NCBI GenBank assembly: GCA_944320495.1
Contig: CALUHR010000005.1
Location: 192,001 to 256,000 of the forward strand
From: Candidatus Methanomethylophilaceae archaeon
Lineage (GTDB): Archaea; Thermoplasmatota; Thermoplasmata; Methanomassiliicoccales; Methanomethylophilaceae
Direction of reading: 5' to 3'
Length of the DNA: 64,000 bases
Position numbers and translations under genes: made by a program. The notes beneath the pieces were generated by a model. It searched no databases, was not told the origin of the DNA, and worked only from the letters and a program-made list of their open reading frames with translations. Positions 52,701-62,007 of this stretch are shown here, one piece after another. Positions within the stretch are counted from its first letter, which is position 1, and each line of letters opens with the position of its first letter.

Positions 52701-52956
52701 GGTCACCGCCACCGGCGCGGACTGGCTCCAGTCCGTGGACGGCAGGGTGATCTCCGGGACCCCCGACAAGGTGGGCACCTACACCATAACCGTGACGGCC
52801 GAGTCCGAGGGCATCACCACCCAGATGTCCTTCGACGTCGTCGTCGGCGAACCCGCCGACGAGGACGACGGCGACGGATTCGACTGGCGCATCGTCGTGC
52901 TCGTGATCATCGGCATCATCGCCGTCATCCTCATCCTGAGGGCCATCCTGGGGTGA
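49771..52956 (+). CDS. Adhesin-like protein (beta-helix-like repeats, C-terminal Ig-like domain, TM anchor), 1061 aa
   Basis: Signal peptide; repeated MTITGGTF/LSISGGTF strands; ISGTPDKVGTYTITVTA Ig motif; C-terminal TM. Confidence 0.88.
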   Translation: MKDTARLAVMALVIVCAMAAATVSFQGADADTAADTGSTGAEDFLALADGGSIVLDKDYVLTTALVITGEIEIDIAGHQISNGTSAHTIEVAEGGNLTVTDSVGGGSVTNTSNAKAAVYNAGTAVLNGGTFTRASGTEYYVIQNEGTMTIGDGVSVVRDTETQTSSLVANAAKGPATMTITGGTFTCGPFIAVINHGDGILSISGGTFSPSDAKQSSVQNWGRATISGGTFTAGVYSLSDDENASELTITDGTFSNNVRAQNYVENYMSGDEPASNVAKVTITGGTFNCIKGYVGSYIGGGKTSPMGTTDPSVAILSISGGDFKANVSQFLADDATMLYTNSRYVVTEDVSSAVAKAGGLYFLTLSDALTKAEAGSDIVLLADCEVSSSITVKAHMDIDLAGHAVVGELSTRLINTFNKTVTVTDSVGGGCILNYGTGASIESTDDEPALTIEAGIYSSDVSTYVAEGKDAYEYGGFYVVSIADASDAEIVINGVPFATIEDSLDLINAGAESATFNGTTLTLLRDFDDSAYSITLNTDIVIDGKGHTLKGIITLDADGDGGVYSVTVRDLVMDGDGTLSWAFVGQNQGDGVRPVELTLEDVSISNYVKKGVYLTNVVRLDVSGCSFNDNATAEQTSTVGDYAFDLNLCGVTDVEISIVGTYFGGESGGNGPIKITQRGGVGLTDDTASDITSTKSATIRTVTIEDCVFDVTGSKVGDIIVGSSPNADGTCRTYCQSYDLYIEGTAATVAYRGAVVDGDEQYLRIVLDSTDAFDADGVDGGISMLVKGDVEMYGTIRTSVEVVSLYSVTIPESESLTGTVMFGSDAANGANLNAVTGGQGGLVMSLGSVVLSGNAESGSISIVGHGLAVGRMELGSASLSIPEGSSFSVGRDAALYGSGSVAVAGEMNVYGVVDMYAVTNTGSIVLYEDGDIVPDVVGEEPVKGDAAKLIIYQISTLHADVGEIFRVAVAVSDPDAKVTATGADWLQSVDGRVISGTPDKVGTYTITVTAESEGITTQMSFDVVVGEPADEDDGDGFDWRIVVLVIIGIIAVILILRAILG

Positions 52957-52990
52957 GACGACGGGCATCGCCGCCGCATCGCTGGCCCTG

Positions 52991-53278
52991 GTGATCCTCC
53001 TCATGCTCAGCTACGTGGGGGCGTGGAACCACCACGTCCCCATGCTCCTGGCATGCCTCATCGGTGCGATCGCCGTCTCGGTCTTCTGCGACACCGCCCT
53101 GACCCCGCTCTTCGAGCGCTCCGGGGCCGTGGGCATGGAGCGCTTCCTCGAGGTGGGCCCCGCGTTCATCCTCGGGGCGTCCGTGGTCGTGTGCTACTGG
53201 TACGCCTGGAAGCGGATGATCCTGCACGTCATGGTGTGCGTCCTGCTCGCGGCGGCGACGATAGTCCTCGGATGGTGA
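52991..53278 (+). CDS. Small membrane protein
   Basis: Several hydrophobic helices; start uncertain. Confidence 0.6.
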   Translation: MILLMLSYVGAWNHHVPMLLACLIGAIAVSVFCDTALTPLFERSGAVGMERFLEVGPAFILGASVVVCYWYAWKRMILHVMVCVLLAAATIVLGW

Positions 53279-53282
53279 ACCG

Positions 53283-53630
53283 ATGGGAAAGGCACTGCTG
53301 ATCGGCGTCGTCATACTGGCCGTGGCCGTGGCGGGCGTGATAATCTACGATCACGAGTCCCGCGTGGAATACTCGATAGAACCCGCCCTGGACACGGCGG
53401 TGTTGGACACCGTGACGTTCACGGTGTCGGCGCATCTGGACGATGCGGCCACCGTGGTCCTGAAGGTCGACGGCAAGCAGCTCTCCTCCCTCGGGGCGTC
53501 CGAATGGACGGCCCCCAAGGGAGACTGGGAGAAGCTGTTCGTCGTGACGATACCGGACGGGCTGACCTTCGACGGCTTCTTCGATCGCCTTGTCATCGAG
53601 TTCGACGGCAGGGCGGGGAGGCTCGTCTGA
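53283..53630 (+). CDS. Small exported/membrane-tethered protein
   Basis: N-terminal TM followed by a beta-rich domain; terminator-like UUCG hairpin at about 53639-53660. Confidence 0.7.
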   Translation: MGKALLIGVVILAVAVAGVIIYDHESRVEYSIEPALDTAVLDTVTFTVSAHLDDAATVVLKVDGKQLSSLGASEWTAPKGDWEKLFVVTIPDGLTFDGFFDRLVIEFDGRAGRLV

Positions 53631-53717
53631 TAACGACTGCCCCTCCCTTCGGGGAGGGGCGAAAACCCCAACCCGCGAGGTTTCTGATATGTTCGATGTT
53701 CTCGGGAGGTCCCGCCG

Positions 53718-54020
53718 ATGCTGGACCTCGTACTGGCGATCGGCGCGGTGAGCGTGTTCCTGCTCATCATCCCGCTGATCCTGATGCTCGTGTTCATAAT
53801 GCAGGGCCGTATCGTTCCCGCAGTCGTCTGCGGTGCGATCCTGCTGTTCCTGCTGAGCCCCACGCTGGCACTCATCCTTCTCCTGGTTGGTGCCATCGCC
53901 AGCCTGCTGATAGGCCGGCCCGATCTGTCGAAGGCTTGCGCCCTGACATTCATCGGCATACTCCTGGTGTATGTCGTCCTGATGGTCGTCGGCGTCGTGA
54001 CCATCGTCGCCATCTCGTGA
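53718..54020 (+). CDS. Small highly hydrophobic membrane protein
   Basis: 100 aa, almost entirely TM helices. Confidence 0.7.
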   Translation: MLDLVLAIGAVSVFLLIIPLILMLVFIMQGRIVPAVVCGAILLFLLSPTLALILLLVGAIASLLIGRPDLSKACALTFIGILLVYVVLMVVGVVTIVAIS

Positions 54021-54915
54021 CGGCGACGGCCCCTCCGATCCGAGGGGCAAACTCCTTCCTTCCGACCTACCAATTTCTTGTTAGTGCCACTTTTTTCCTC
54101 GATTAACGTCCGGAATTGAAAACAGTGAGACGCTTTTCCCGAGTTAGTGGGGATTTTTTCTGCGATTAAGGGGAAACACGGATGTCCGTCAAAGGAGCGG
54201 TCGCACAGGAAACCCGGACATCCGTTTCGCAGGCGCATTGGTAATCGACCACTGATTATAAAAGGGATGGGCGGACGAAGAGGAATCGGAACGTCCGCCC
54301 TCGGATCCGCTGGATTCTTTGGGAGCACCCGGAGCGGATCCCGGCCACAAAGGCTCTACAGAGTGACCGTATGTCCAGATGCGACCGGGTATTTATTCCG
54401 CCCGATGGAACCCCCAGAGAGGGGGCGGGTGCGTCAAGAAGGAGGACCGCACCCGCCCGCCGCCATCGGGATGATTGAATGGGATGCACGCTCCGACGAC
54501 AATAGGTCAAGAAGCATTTCCCGATGTCGGATGGATAATGGATAGTGACCGAACTATAAATTCCGTTCGATGGGAAGCCGGGGTGTCCCATCCTTGTCCA
54601 GTACCTTCCATCCGGACACCCCGGCACCGGTGCGTGTCTCTCCCCCAGAGGTAACAACATGGGGCACCGGGTCGCTGCTCTTCCAGAATGCGACGTCCCT
54701 CGAATTGCGTCGCCGTATAAAGATTGAGCGGTCACAACCGATGGTGACCGAACCAACACTCGCATTTCCGCACATCCCATTCATAAACGCTTCCCATCAC
54801 ATCGTTCCAGCGGCCGTCCCCCGTTGAAAACCGGCACCCCCGAATCGCAAACATCTTCCGCGAAGCGGAAGGAGCGTGATACGATCGAACAGCACACCCT
54901 CCCGAAGGTGATGTG

Positions 54916-55866
54916 ATGGATCTCTTGGGACTGTATCCTTTCATCGCCATCGGATGCGCCATATTCGGACTATTCGTGGGCAGCTGGTGCAAACGCCGCA
55001 CCCAGGTGATAGTCCCCTTCAACGATCCCCTCTCGTGGACGTTGCTCCTGATGGTGTTCGTCATCCTGCTGATGCCGGACCTCAAGCCCGAATGGGCGTT
55101 CATCGACCCCTACGACCTCAACCACGACGCCTGCCTGATCGGCTTCTTCGTCATGTACATCTACGGATACTGCAAGGAGGAGCTCCTGATGGAGTTCGTC
55201 TCCGCCCATGACATCTTCAAGCTCAAGCAGGAGATCAAGCCCATCGCCTACTACTTCAACGACGAGGCCCAGCTCTGCTGGCAGCCGCAGTCCATGAGGT
55301 ACGTCCTCAAGAGGCTGATCTTCAACGTCGACAATCCCCTGGACTACGACTTCAGCAACATCAACCGCCGCCGCTTCGTCGAGTTCCAGGGTAAGTTCCT
55401 GAAGATGTCCGCCTATGTGGTGGACACCGCCAAGATGACCGAGAAGGTGGAGTACGTCTACAAGTGGCGTCTCAAGTTCAAGGTCATCAAGCTCCACTTC
55501 GATCCCTCTCCGGTGAACTCCTTCGACATGTACGACTTCTACGTCGAGGGGAAGATCGCCAACGAGTACGTCCAGAACTACCAGCGTCTCAAGGTCCAGA
55601 ACGCCAACTCCTCGGCGGACATGAGGATGGCCAGGATCCTCGGGGTCGTGGACCTCATGGAGGGACTCACTAGCATGACACCCGACGCCGTCGTCATGGA
55701 CCGCCTCATATCCGACATGGACGCCAGGAACGGCGTCACCACCGAGGGCGACGTCCGCCGCGCGGACAGGTCCGGCAAGCAGAGCGCGAAGGCCAGGAAT
55801 CGCGTCCAGCGCATGGCCAGGGAGATGCAGTCCGAGGAGGTGAACGACGATGCCTCTGATGAGCGA
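54916..55866 (+). CDS. Membrane protein with N-terminal TMs and charged helical C-terminus (316 aa), proposed CGA stop
   Basis: GAAGGTGA SD; codon bias collapses after EEVNDDASDE; first in-frame CGA at 55864-55866, overlapping the next gene's start. Confidence 0.75.
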
Positions 55867-57121
55867 CGACCCCTACATGATGGGCCCGCCCCGCTCCCAC
55901 GTCATCACAGAGCAGCCGGACCTCAACACCACCGAGATCACATCCTACGGATCGGCGTACATGGACGTCAAGGCCGCCCTGTACCTCCTGGACCAGATGA
56001 TCGAGGAGGCCGACGAGCGGTACACCCGCGCCCTGGCCTCCATGTACGGCCAGAGATACGAGGAAACGAGGGAGATCCTCACCCGCAAGTCCATGTTCCT
56101 CGCATCCCCCAAGCCGAAGGTCCAGAGCTACGAGGAGATGCAGGCCGTCAAGGTGGCCAAGGAGATCTACCGCAAGGCGTCCACCCTCAGGGACCTCAAA
56201 CAGCTCCGCAAGGAGGTGGAGGCCTACGGCACGATGGTGGGCACCCAGGAGTACGGCGAGAGGATGCTCGAGAACGGGCTGTCCAACGACGTCTCCCGCA
56301 CCGTCTTCAAGAAGAGGGCGGCCAAGGGACTCACGAACAACTACGAGTCCATCAAGGCCATGAGGGAGGGCCGTCTGAACGACGGACTCGACGAGCAGCA
56401 GCGTAGGATGGAGAGGATGGCCAGACTCATCCTCATGGCGAACGAGTTCGACGACGCGGAGAGAGGCTACCCCGAGGAACCCGACGTCGGAAGGCTCAGA
56501 CGCGCCAGCGGTGCCCCGGCGACGGTACCCGTCGCCAATCCCGAACCCATAAGGGCCGTGGCCAACGACGACTACGAGGAACCCGACGAGGGCATCGACA
56601 TGGGCATCCTTGACCTCATCACCACCTACTCGGACGGATTCGAGGAGGAGGAAGAGGAGGAATCTGAGGAGACTCCCGCCGACGTCCCCGAGGGACCCGA
56701 GCCGGAGGAACCGCTCCGCATAGCCCCGGTCGCCAGCTCGATGGAGGATGTCCTTAACTCGATCCCGAAGGAGACGCCCAAGGAGTACATCGCACCCGCA
56801 GCCAGCTCGATGGAGGACGTTCTGAAATCCATCCCGAGGACCGAGCCCGAGAGGGAGATGATCGGCCCGATCTCCGAGGCCGACCGCACCCGCATCGACG
56901 CCCTCCGCGGACAGCGTGTCGAGCGTCTTCCCCCGGTCAGCAGCAGCATCGAGGACATCCTGGACGTCATGGATAGGATAGACGCCCTGGACCGCTCCGA
57001 CGCCGAGGACGACTACATCAAGTGGATGCTCAGGCAGAACCTCGAGAAGGGCCGCACCGAGCAGATCGACAGCGAGGAGGACGGCGGCGTCGTCATCATA
57101 AGGCAGGAGGGATCCGAATGA
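55850..57121 (+). CDS. Acidic helical hypothetical protein (423 aa) with internal repeats
   Basis: GAGGTGA SD; IAPxASSMEDVLxSIP repeated twice plus a degenerate third copy; ATGA overlap with the next gene. Confidence 0.8.
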   Translation: MPLMSDDPYMMGPPRSHVITEQPDLNTTEITSYGSAYMDVKAALYLLDQMIEEADERYTRALASMYGQRYEETREILTRKSMFLASPKPKVQSYEEMQAVKVAKEIYRKASTLRDLKQLRKEVEAYGTMVGTQEYGERMLENGLSNDVSRTVFKKRAAKGLTNNYESIKAMREGRLNDGLDEQQRRMERMARLILMANEFDDAERGYPEEPDVGRLRRASGAPATVPVANPEPIRAVANDDYEEPDEGIDMGILDLITTYSDGFEEEEEEESEETPADVPEGPEPEEPLRIAPVASSMEDVLNSIPKETPKEYIAPAASSMEDVLKSIPRTEPEREMIGPISEADRTRIDALRGQRVERLPPVSSSIEDILDVMDRIDALDRSDAEDDYIKWMLRQNLEKGRTEQIDSEEDGGVVIIRQEGSE

Positions 57122-57486
57122 GCAACCTGTTCATCCAGGTCACCCCGGACGCCCTCAACGCCTACAACGACCTGAGGTACTACTACTCCGTCGGCGACTA
57201 CAACGCCACCTACCTCCGCGTCTTCGAGACCTATCTCAGCCCCCTGTTCAAGGAGGACTTCCTCGTGAAGGACAAGCTCTACGAGGAGGTCTCCCGCCTC
57301 TATCCCCTGCCGGACGAGGACGACGACTGCCAGTACATCTCCGCCAGGGCCTACCTGCTCTACATGAGGGCGTACGAGAAGATCATGCGCCAGAAGGGCA
57401 TCATCGGCGGATGGGACGACGGCGAGGCCGTGGCCGAGCAGACCGACATGAGGGTCATCGACCCGATGGTGGAGTACAGGAGGCGA
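57118..57486 (+). CDS. Hypothetical protein (122 aa), proposed CGA stop overlapping the next ATG
   Basis: First in-frame CGA at 57484-57486 in CGATG. Confidence 0.75.
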
Positions 57487-57782
57487 TGCCGATGGACTAC
57501 CACACCAACATGGTCGGATACGTCGGCAGGCTCCGCATCGTCAGCCCCATAAGGCTCGACATGTCCGTCGACGGCAACGGCCTCTGCCGTGTCCTCGAAC
57601 CCGACATGCGCCTTGACGGCATCGGCACCTGCCCGGACGAGGCCCTCAACGAGTTCATGGGCGAGGTCCTCTTCGCCTGGGACGCCTTCGTTAAGGATGA
57701 TATCGGCAAGTTGGATGACTCTGCCAAAGAACTCCGCTCGTGGCTTCTCTCCCACTTCGAGGAGATCGGGGGTGAGAGCCGA
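57486..57782 (+). CDS. HicB-like fold protein (98 aa), proposed CGA stop overlapping the next ATG
   Basis: VSPIRLDM...LDGIGTCPDEALNEFMGEVLFAWDAF; first in-frame CGA at 57780-57782 in CGATG. Confidence 0.7.
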
Positions 57783-59488
57783 TGGAGGACGTGGAGGCGT
57801 GGGAATGGCACGAGCAGCACCGTCTCGGAAGGAAGATCATCGGCGACATCTACGTCGAGGACGCCTTCGATCCCGATTCCGATGGGCCGGAGGACGACGA
57901 CATCGACTTCGAGGATGACGTCCTCGGATTCGATCCCGAAACAGCCGAGCAGCAGCAGGACGAGGTACCTGTCCCCGAGTGGATCAACTCCGCCATCGAC
58001 GTGGACAAGCTCATGTCGGACATCTTCCGCCCCGGCACCAACCACGTCACCGACGGGATGAGGGGCGGAGGCAAGACCCATCAGGCCGTCGCCTACACCG
58101 AATACATGGTGGAGGGCCGCTTCAAGGGGATGCCACGCGTCATCATGCTCACCAACATCATCTTCGTCAAGAGGGTGAGCTTCGAGGGCGACCTCGAGGA
58201 TCAGTTCGTCATGGAGGACCCGCCCGGCGTCCACCACGTCACCAGCATGGAGCAGATGTTCCGCATACAGACGAAGATGATGAGGCGCTACGGCAGGGAG
58301 GGCGTGATGTTCATGCTCGTGCTCGACGAGGCGCAGAACTTCCTGTTGGCGGACGAGTACCAGCAGGACACCTCCATCGCCTTCATCAAGTTCTACGGGA
58401 CCACCAGGAAGTTCAACACCTGCATCTGGCTCCTGACCCCTTCGATCAACAACCTCCCTCCCAGGGCCAGGAACTTCCTCGATGCGGACCCCGCCGGCTA
58501 CGTCTCCTGCCAGTGGAGGAAGAACAAGCAGCTCGCCGCCCAGTACATCGCGGCCAACCACATAGAGAACGCCGATGTCCGCGAGTTCACCACCATGAAG
58601 ATGGGTGCCAACATGGCCCCCGTCTGGTTCAGGATAACCACGACACCGTGGACGCGCCCCCTTGAGGAGTTGGGAATAGGCGAGTACGGCTACGACCATC
58701 TCGCCAACGCCGACTTCAAGGTCAGCATCGACGACAACAACCCCTTCGACTTCAAGGCGTTCATGGAGGCGACCTCGGACATGCCCTCCTACCGCATGGC
58801 GACGGTCATGCAGGAGTTCTTCGACAGGATGGACGGCAAGTCCGCCGACCCGGACGCGCCCCCCGAGGACGACCCCAAGGCCGAGAGGACGGCAGAGATC
58901 CTCAGGATGAGGGAAATCGGCCTGACCTTCGATCAGATAGAGTTCGTCACGGGGGTGGCGGCATCGACCTGCCGCTATTGGATCAACAGATACGGCTCCG
59001 CAAATCCGGCCGCACAAGCGGCCGACAGTCCCAAGGGGGCGGGGGGCGGAGACCCCGCCCAACCCAAGCGCGGGAACCGCTCTAGGAATACTCCTAGAGT
59101 GGGTTCCCGCGCGGGTAAGAAGGGGCTGAAAACACCTCCGAAAAGGCTGAAGAGGGACTCTGCTCTAGAAAAGCTAGAGTTGCTGAAAAATGACACAGCC
59201 AGATCTTTGAGCAGCAGCAACGCAACCACCCCGTTTTCGCGCCCTTATATGTATAATCCTAGAGAGGGGGAGGAGGACGGGGGGTCTCGCGGAAAGTTGC
59301 CGATTGACCCCCAACCGGTTGGCGGACGGTTGGCAGCCGAGACACCCCTAGAGGGGGAGGATTCGGCTGACCTAAACCATGATGAGGATGAATCGTTCGA
59401 CGACGGGGTATGGGGCTACGGCGAAGATGGGGGATCCGATGACGGGGAACCCTACGACGTCGGGGAGGAATACGAAGAGGCGGAGCGA
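57782..59488 (+). CDS. P-loop NTPase (Zot/virus-extrusion-like) with a downstream HTH and a disordered tail
   Basis: Walker A GMRGGGKT, Walker B LVLDEAQ, RKF...WLLTP, HTH-like IGLTFDQIEFVTGVAASTCRYW. The only in-frame CGA (59486-59488) lies 6 codons before the TGA at 59506. Confidence 0.8.
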
Positions 59489-59509
59489 TCTCCGCGGGAA
59501 GAGTGAAAC

Positions 59510-60610
59510 ATGAGGGATGGGAAGATGAGCAACAGCAAACGGAAGGATGACGACCCGCTCTCCTACGGGAGCGTGATGGCCGTGTGGATGGGGAAGTCCT
59601 ACCGCATCCCCGTCGATGCGGACGGATACGTGCCCATGGAGGCCCTGGTCATGCGCTATCAGCAGATGGGGAACAACGGAAGGGACAAGGGAAGGGACTC
59701 GGACATAGTGTTCCCCTCCCATGTCAGGCCGAAGGAGATCGTCAGATGGTGGGCGGACCCGTCCTCGTGCGACATCGAGGGCATCGACACCCGCGACTCC
59801 AAGGTGTACGACGTCTCCGGCCTGAAGGGAAGGCGCATGAAGGCCGCCCAGAGGAAGATCGGGATAGTCACCCCTTCCGCCGACGAACAGAGACGCATAC
59901 GCAGGATCCTCTCGGAGGCGTTCACCGCCGCCGAGCTGGACGCCATGACGAGGGAGGGGTCCTTCGTCATCCGCACCCGCCCGAACTGCGGGAGCGTGAT
60001 GGGATACTACCTCAGGAAGGCCGACGGCCAGGAGATCCCCCTCATAACCTTGGAGGAGGGCGTGTCCCCGGACACCGTCGTCCACGAGACCGTCCACCAC
60101 GCAAGGACGTGCAGGAGGTCGGGCAAGTACACCAGGACGGCGTTCCCCATGAAGGGCGGAAGGCTGGACGAGGCGTACTACGGACTGAGCCAGCAGCAGC
60201 GCGACATGATCAACGACGCCGAGGAGACGGAGACGACAGCCGAGGCGACAGCGAGGACCAAGAGGGACCCCTGCCCCACCGGGTATTGGGACAATGTCGG
60301 CGGAAGGGAGGCGTACATCCGCGACAAGACCGCCCTCGCAAGGTCGTGCGGCGGAGGGGACTGCACCCTGAAGGGGGCCAAGGCCGTCAGGACCGTGGAG
60401 AAGCAGTACGACAAGCTGGACATCGCGATGGCGTCTATCATGGCTGACGTCCCCGCGAAGGAGTCCGCCGCGAGGATCGCCAAGGGTTCCGCGTCCGGTA
60501 GGCCGAAGACGAAGACGGCAGCAACAGCGAAATCCAAGAGCCAGACTCCGAAGAAGACCACGAAGGCAAAGAGCCAGACATCCAAAACCAAGGGGAAAGG
60601 GACGAGGCGA
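59510..60610 (+). CDS. Zincin-like metallopeptidase (HExxH) with a Lys/Thr/Ser-rich tail, proposed CGA stop
   Basis: TVVHETVHH motif; the only in-frame CGA (60608-60610) is followed by a pyrimidine tract; TGA at 60658. Confidence 0.7.
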
Positions 60611-60959
60611 CCCCTCTCCCTTTCCAAGGTTCCGTTCCTTAAACCGCTTGGCCCCTGAAGCGACCTTATACTCCCGATCCGATGTTCTTCCGCCTACGAC
60701 GTCGCTCACCTCGGACGTCTCCCCGCGGGCACCATCGGTCTGTCATTCCTCTTATGGTCTCCTTGCCCCGCGGGGCGGGCTTTCTGACGATTCTTCGGAC
60801 ATCCCACGCGGTTCCTCCCATTCGGTTCATAAACGGTTCGCATCCCATCGTCCCGTTGCACCTCACCCCCGATAACATCCCCTTCCGATGTCAGCACATG
60901 TCTCACCTCGGACCGACTGCCAGGCTCACCGTTTCTTTGACCACCCCGGAGGCCGGCGC

Positions 60960-61640
60960 ATGAGATCCATGAGGGTGACACTCCCCCAGGCGCTCCGCAG
61001 GCAGCGCCCCTGGGGTTTCTCCGATCCCTCCGTGGTCATGGTGGACCTCACCGGCCACGTGTCCCTCGAATCCCCCGTCGGCTCCCCCTACGGGGTCGGC
61101 GACGAGCTCTCCGACGGGAGGTTCGACTGCGGGATGTTCTCCAAGATGGGTTCCCTCCACGAGAGGGTCGCCTACCTCCACGGCTGTGGGTACTCCGCCG
61201 TCCCCGCGGGCGACGGGTTCGCCGTCCGCTTCGAGGACGACGCCCCGTCCGTCGATTCCGAGGATGAAGTCCGCACCGTAGTCTACGAGTGGGAGACCCG
61301 CAGGCAGAGGCTGCCCACGGAGTCGATCTCCGGATGCCCGTTCAAACTCTGCCCAGATGCCAGGGTCGCCTACGCCATCGTGGAGTACGAGGGGGACCAT
61401 CCGCACATGTCCCTGGCCGCAGAGTACGTCGCGTCGATGGACGCGGTGGACGGGAGGAACTCCTACTCCCCGTCCGAGATGTCCGACGCGATAGATTCCG
61501 TCAGGGCGGTGTCCGATGCCGACTCCCATTTCATGGCCACCGCCGCGATGGACGTGGCCGACGCGTCCGAGAGGATCCTCGACGAGACCAAGGGCGACTA
61601 CCTCGCGAAGCTCTCCGAGAAGATGCGCAGATTCGTGTGA
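60960..61640 (+). CDS. Hypothetical protein (226 aa)
   Basis: Strong coding codon bias; TGA stop. Confidence 0.7.
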   Translation: MRSMRVTLPQALRRQRPWGFSDPSVVMVDLTGHVSLESPVGSPYGVGDELSDGRFDCGMFSKMGSLHERVAYLHGCGYSAVPAGDGFAVRFEDDAPSVDSEDEVRTVVYEWETRRQRLPTESISGCPFKLCPDARVAYAIVEYEGDHPHMSLAAEYVASMDAVDGRNSYSPSEMSDAIDSVRAVSDADSHFMATAAMDVADASERILDETKGDYLAKLSEKMRRFV

Positions 61641-62007
61641 GTCTGGCACATCGCCCTTCCCAAAACCTCTTGACCTTCTCCAAACGCTTGAACGGTTATC
61701 CCGCCCCCGTATCCCGAACTTCTCTAGAAGGCATGCCTCCTGCCCTTCGGCGATTGCGGATCAGTTGACCGAACACGTTAAAGACCCGTTCGGAGGCAGA
61801 TGCGGCGATCTCCGGATCGGAACTCTCCGAACCTGAGATCGGAGTGATAGAATGCTCGGATGGAGAGGTAAGAGAAAGCCCACCCCGGAAAACGGAAGGA
61901 CAGACGCCCAATCAAACAACATACGTCCACCCTTCCCCAAAGCATCCAGGGACGGCAGATTCTCGAAAGCCGCATGGGGACTTAATGATTCCGTTCACAG
62001 GTTTATC

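Noticed and set aside
1229-53004. Very long antisense ORFs opposite the adhesin and surface genes (1229..6427, 6638..11971, 15802..20229, 20475..25589, 25666..30819, 49618..53004 and others)
   Set aside because: Shadow ORFs produced by strong NNC codon bias (G/D/V-rich, no signal or anchor logic). Only the last 25 aa of 1229..6427 are real, as the DUF4238-like N-terminus.
54256-54800. Overlapping short ORFs between the membrane genes and the ATPase operon
   Set aside because: No consistent codon bias, start signal or motif. The CPDGR match to the 46.5-kb ORF reflects only a shared 11-mer.
422-60610. Systematic TGA-to-CGA sequencing error as the explanation for the CGA ends
   Set aside because: More than 20 TGA stops are intact, the CGA sites share no flanking motif, and CGA is absent inside genes despite CGG use. 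Not fully excluded without raw reads.
218-60658. Long C-terminal extensions in the ORF track (to 218, 31412, 31703, 44181, 42604, 56406, 57552, 58061, 59506, 60658)
   Set aside because: Codon bias and protein-likeness collapse at the first in-frame CGA, and most extensions overlap other genes. Treated as read-through artefacts of table 11.
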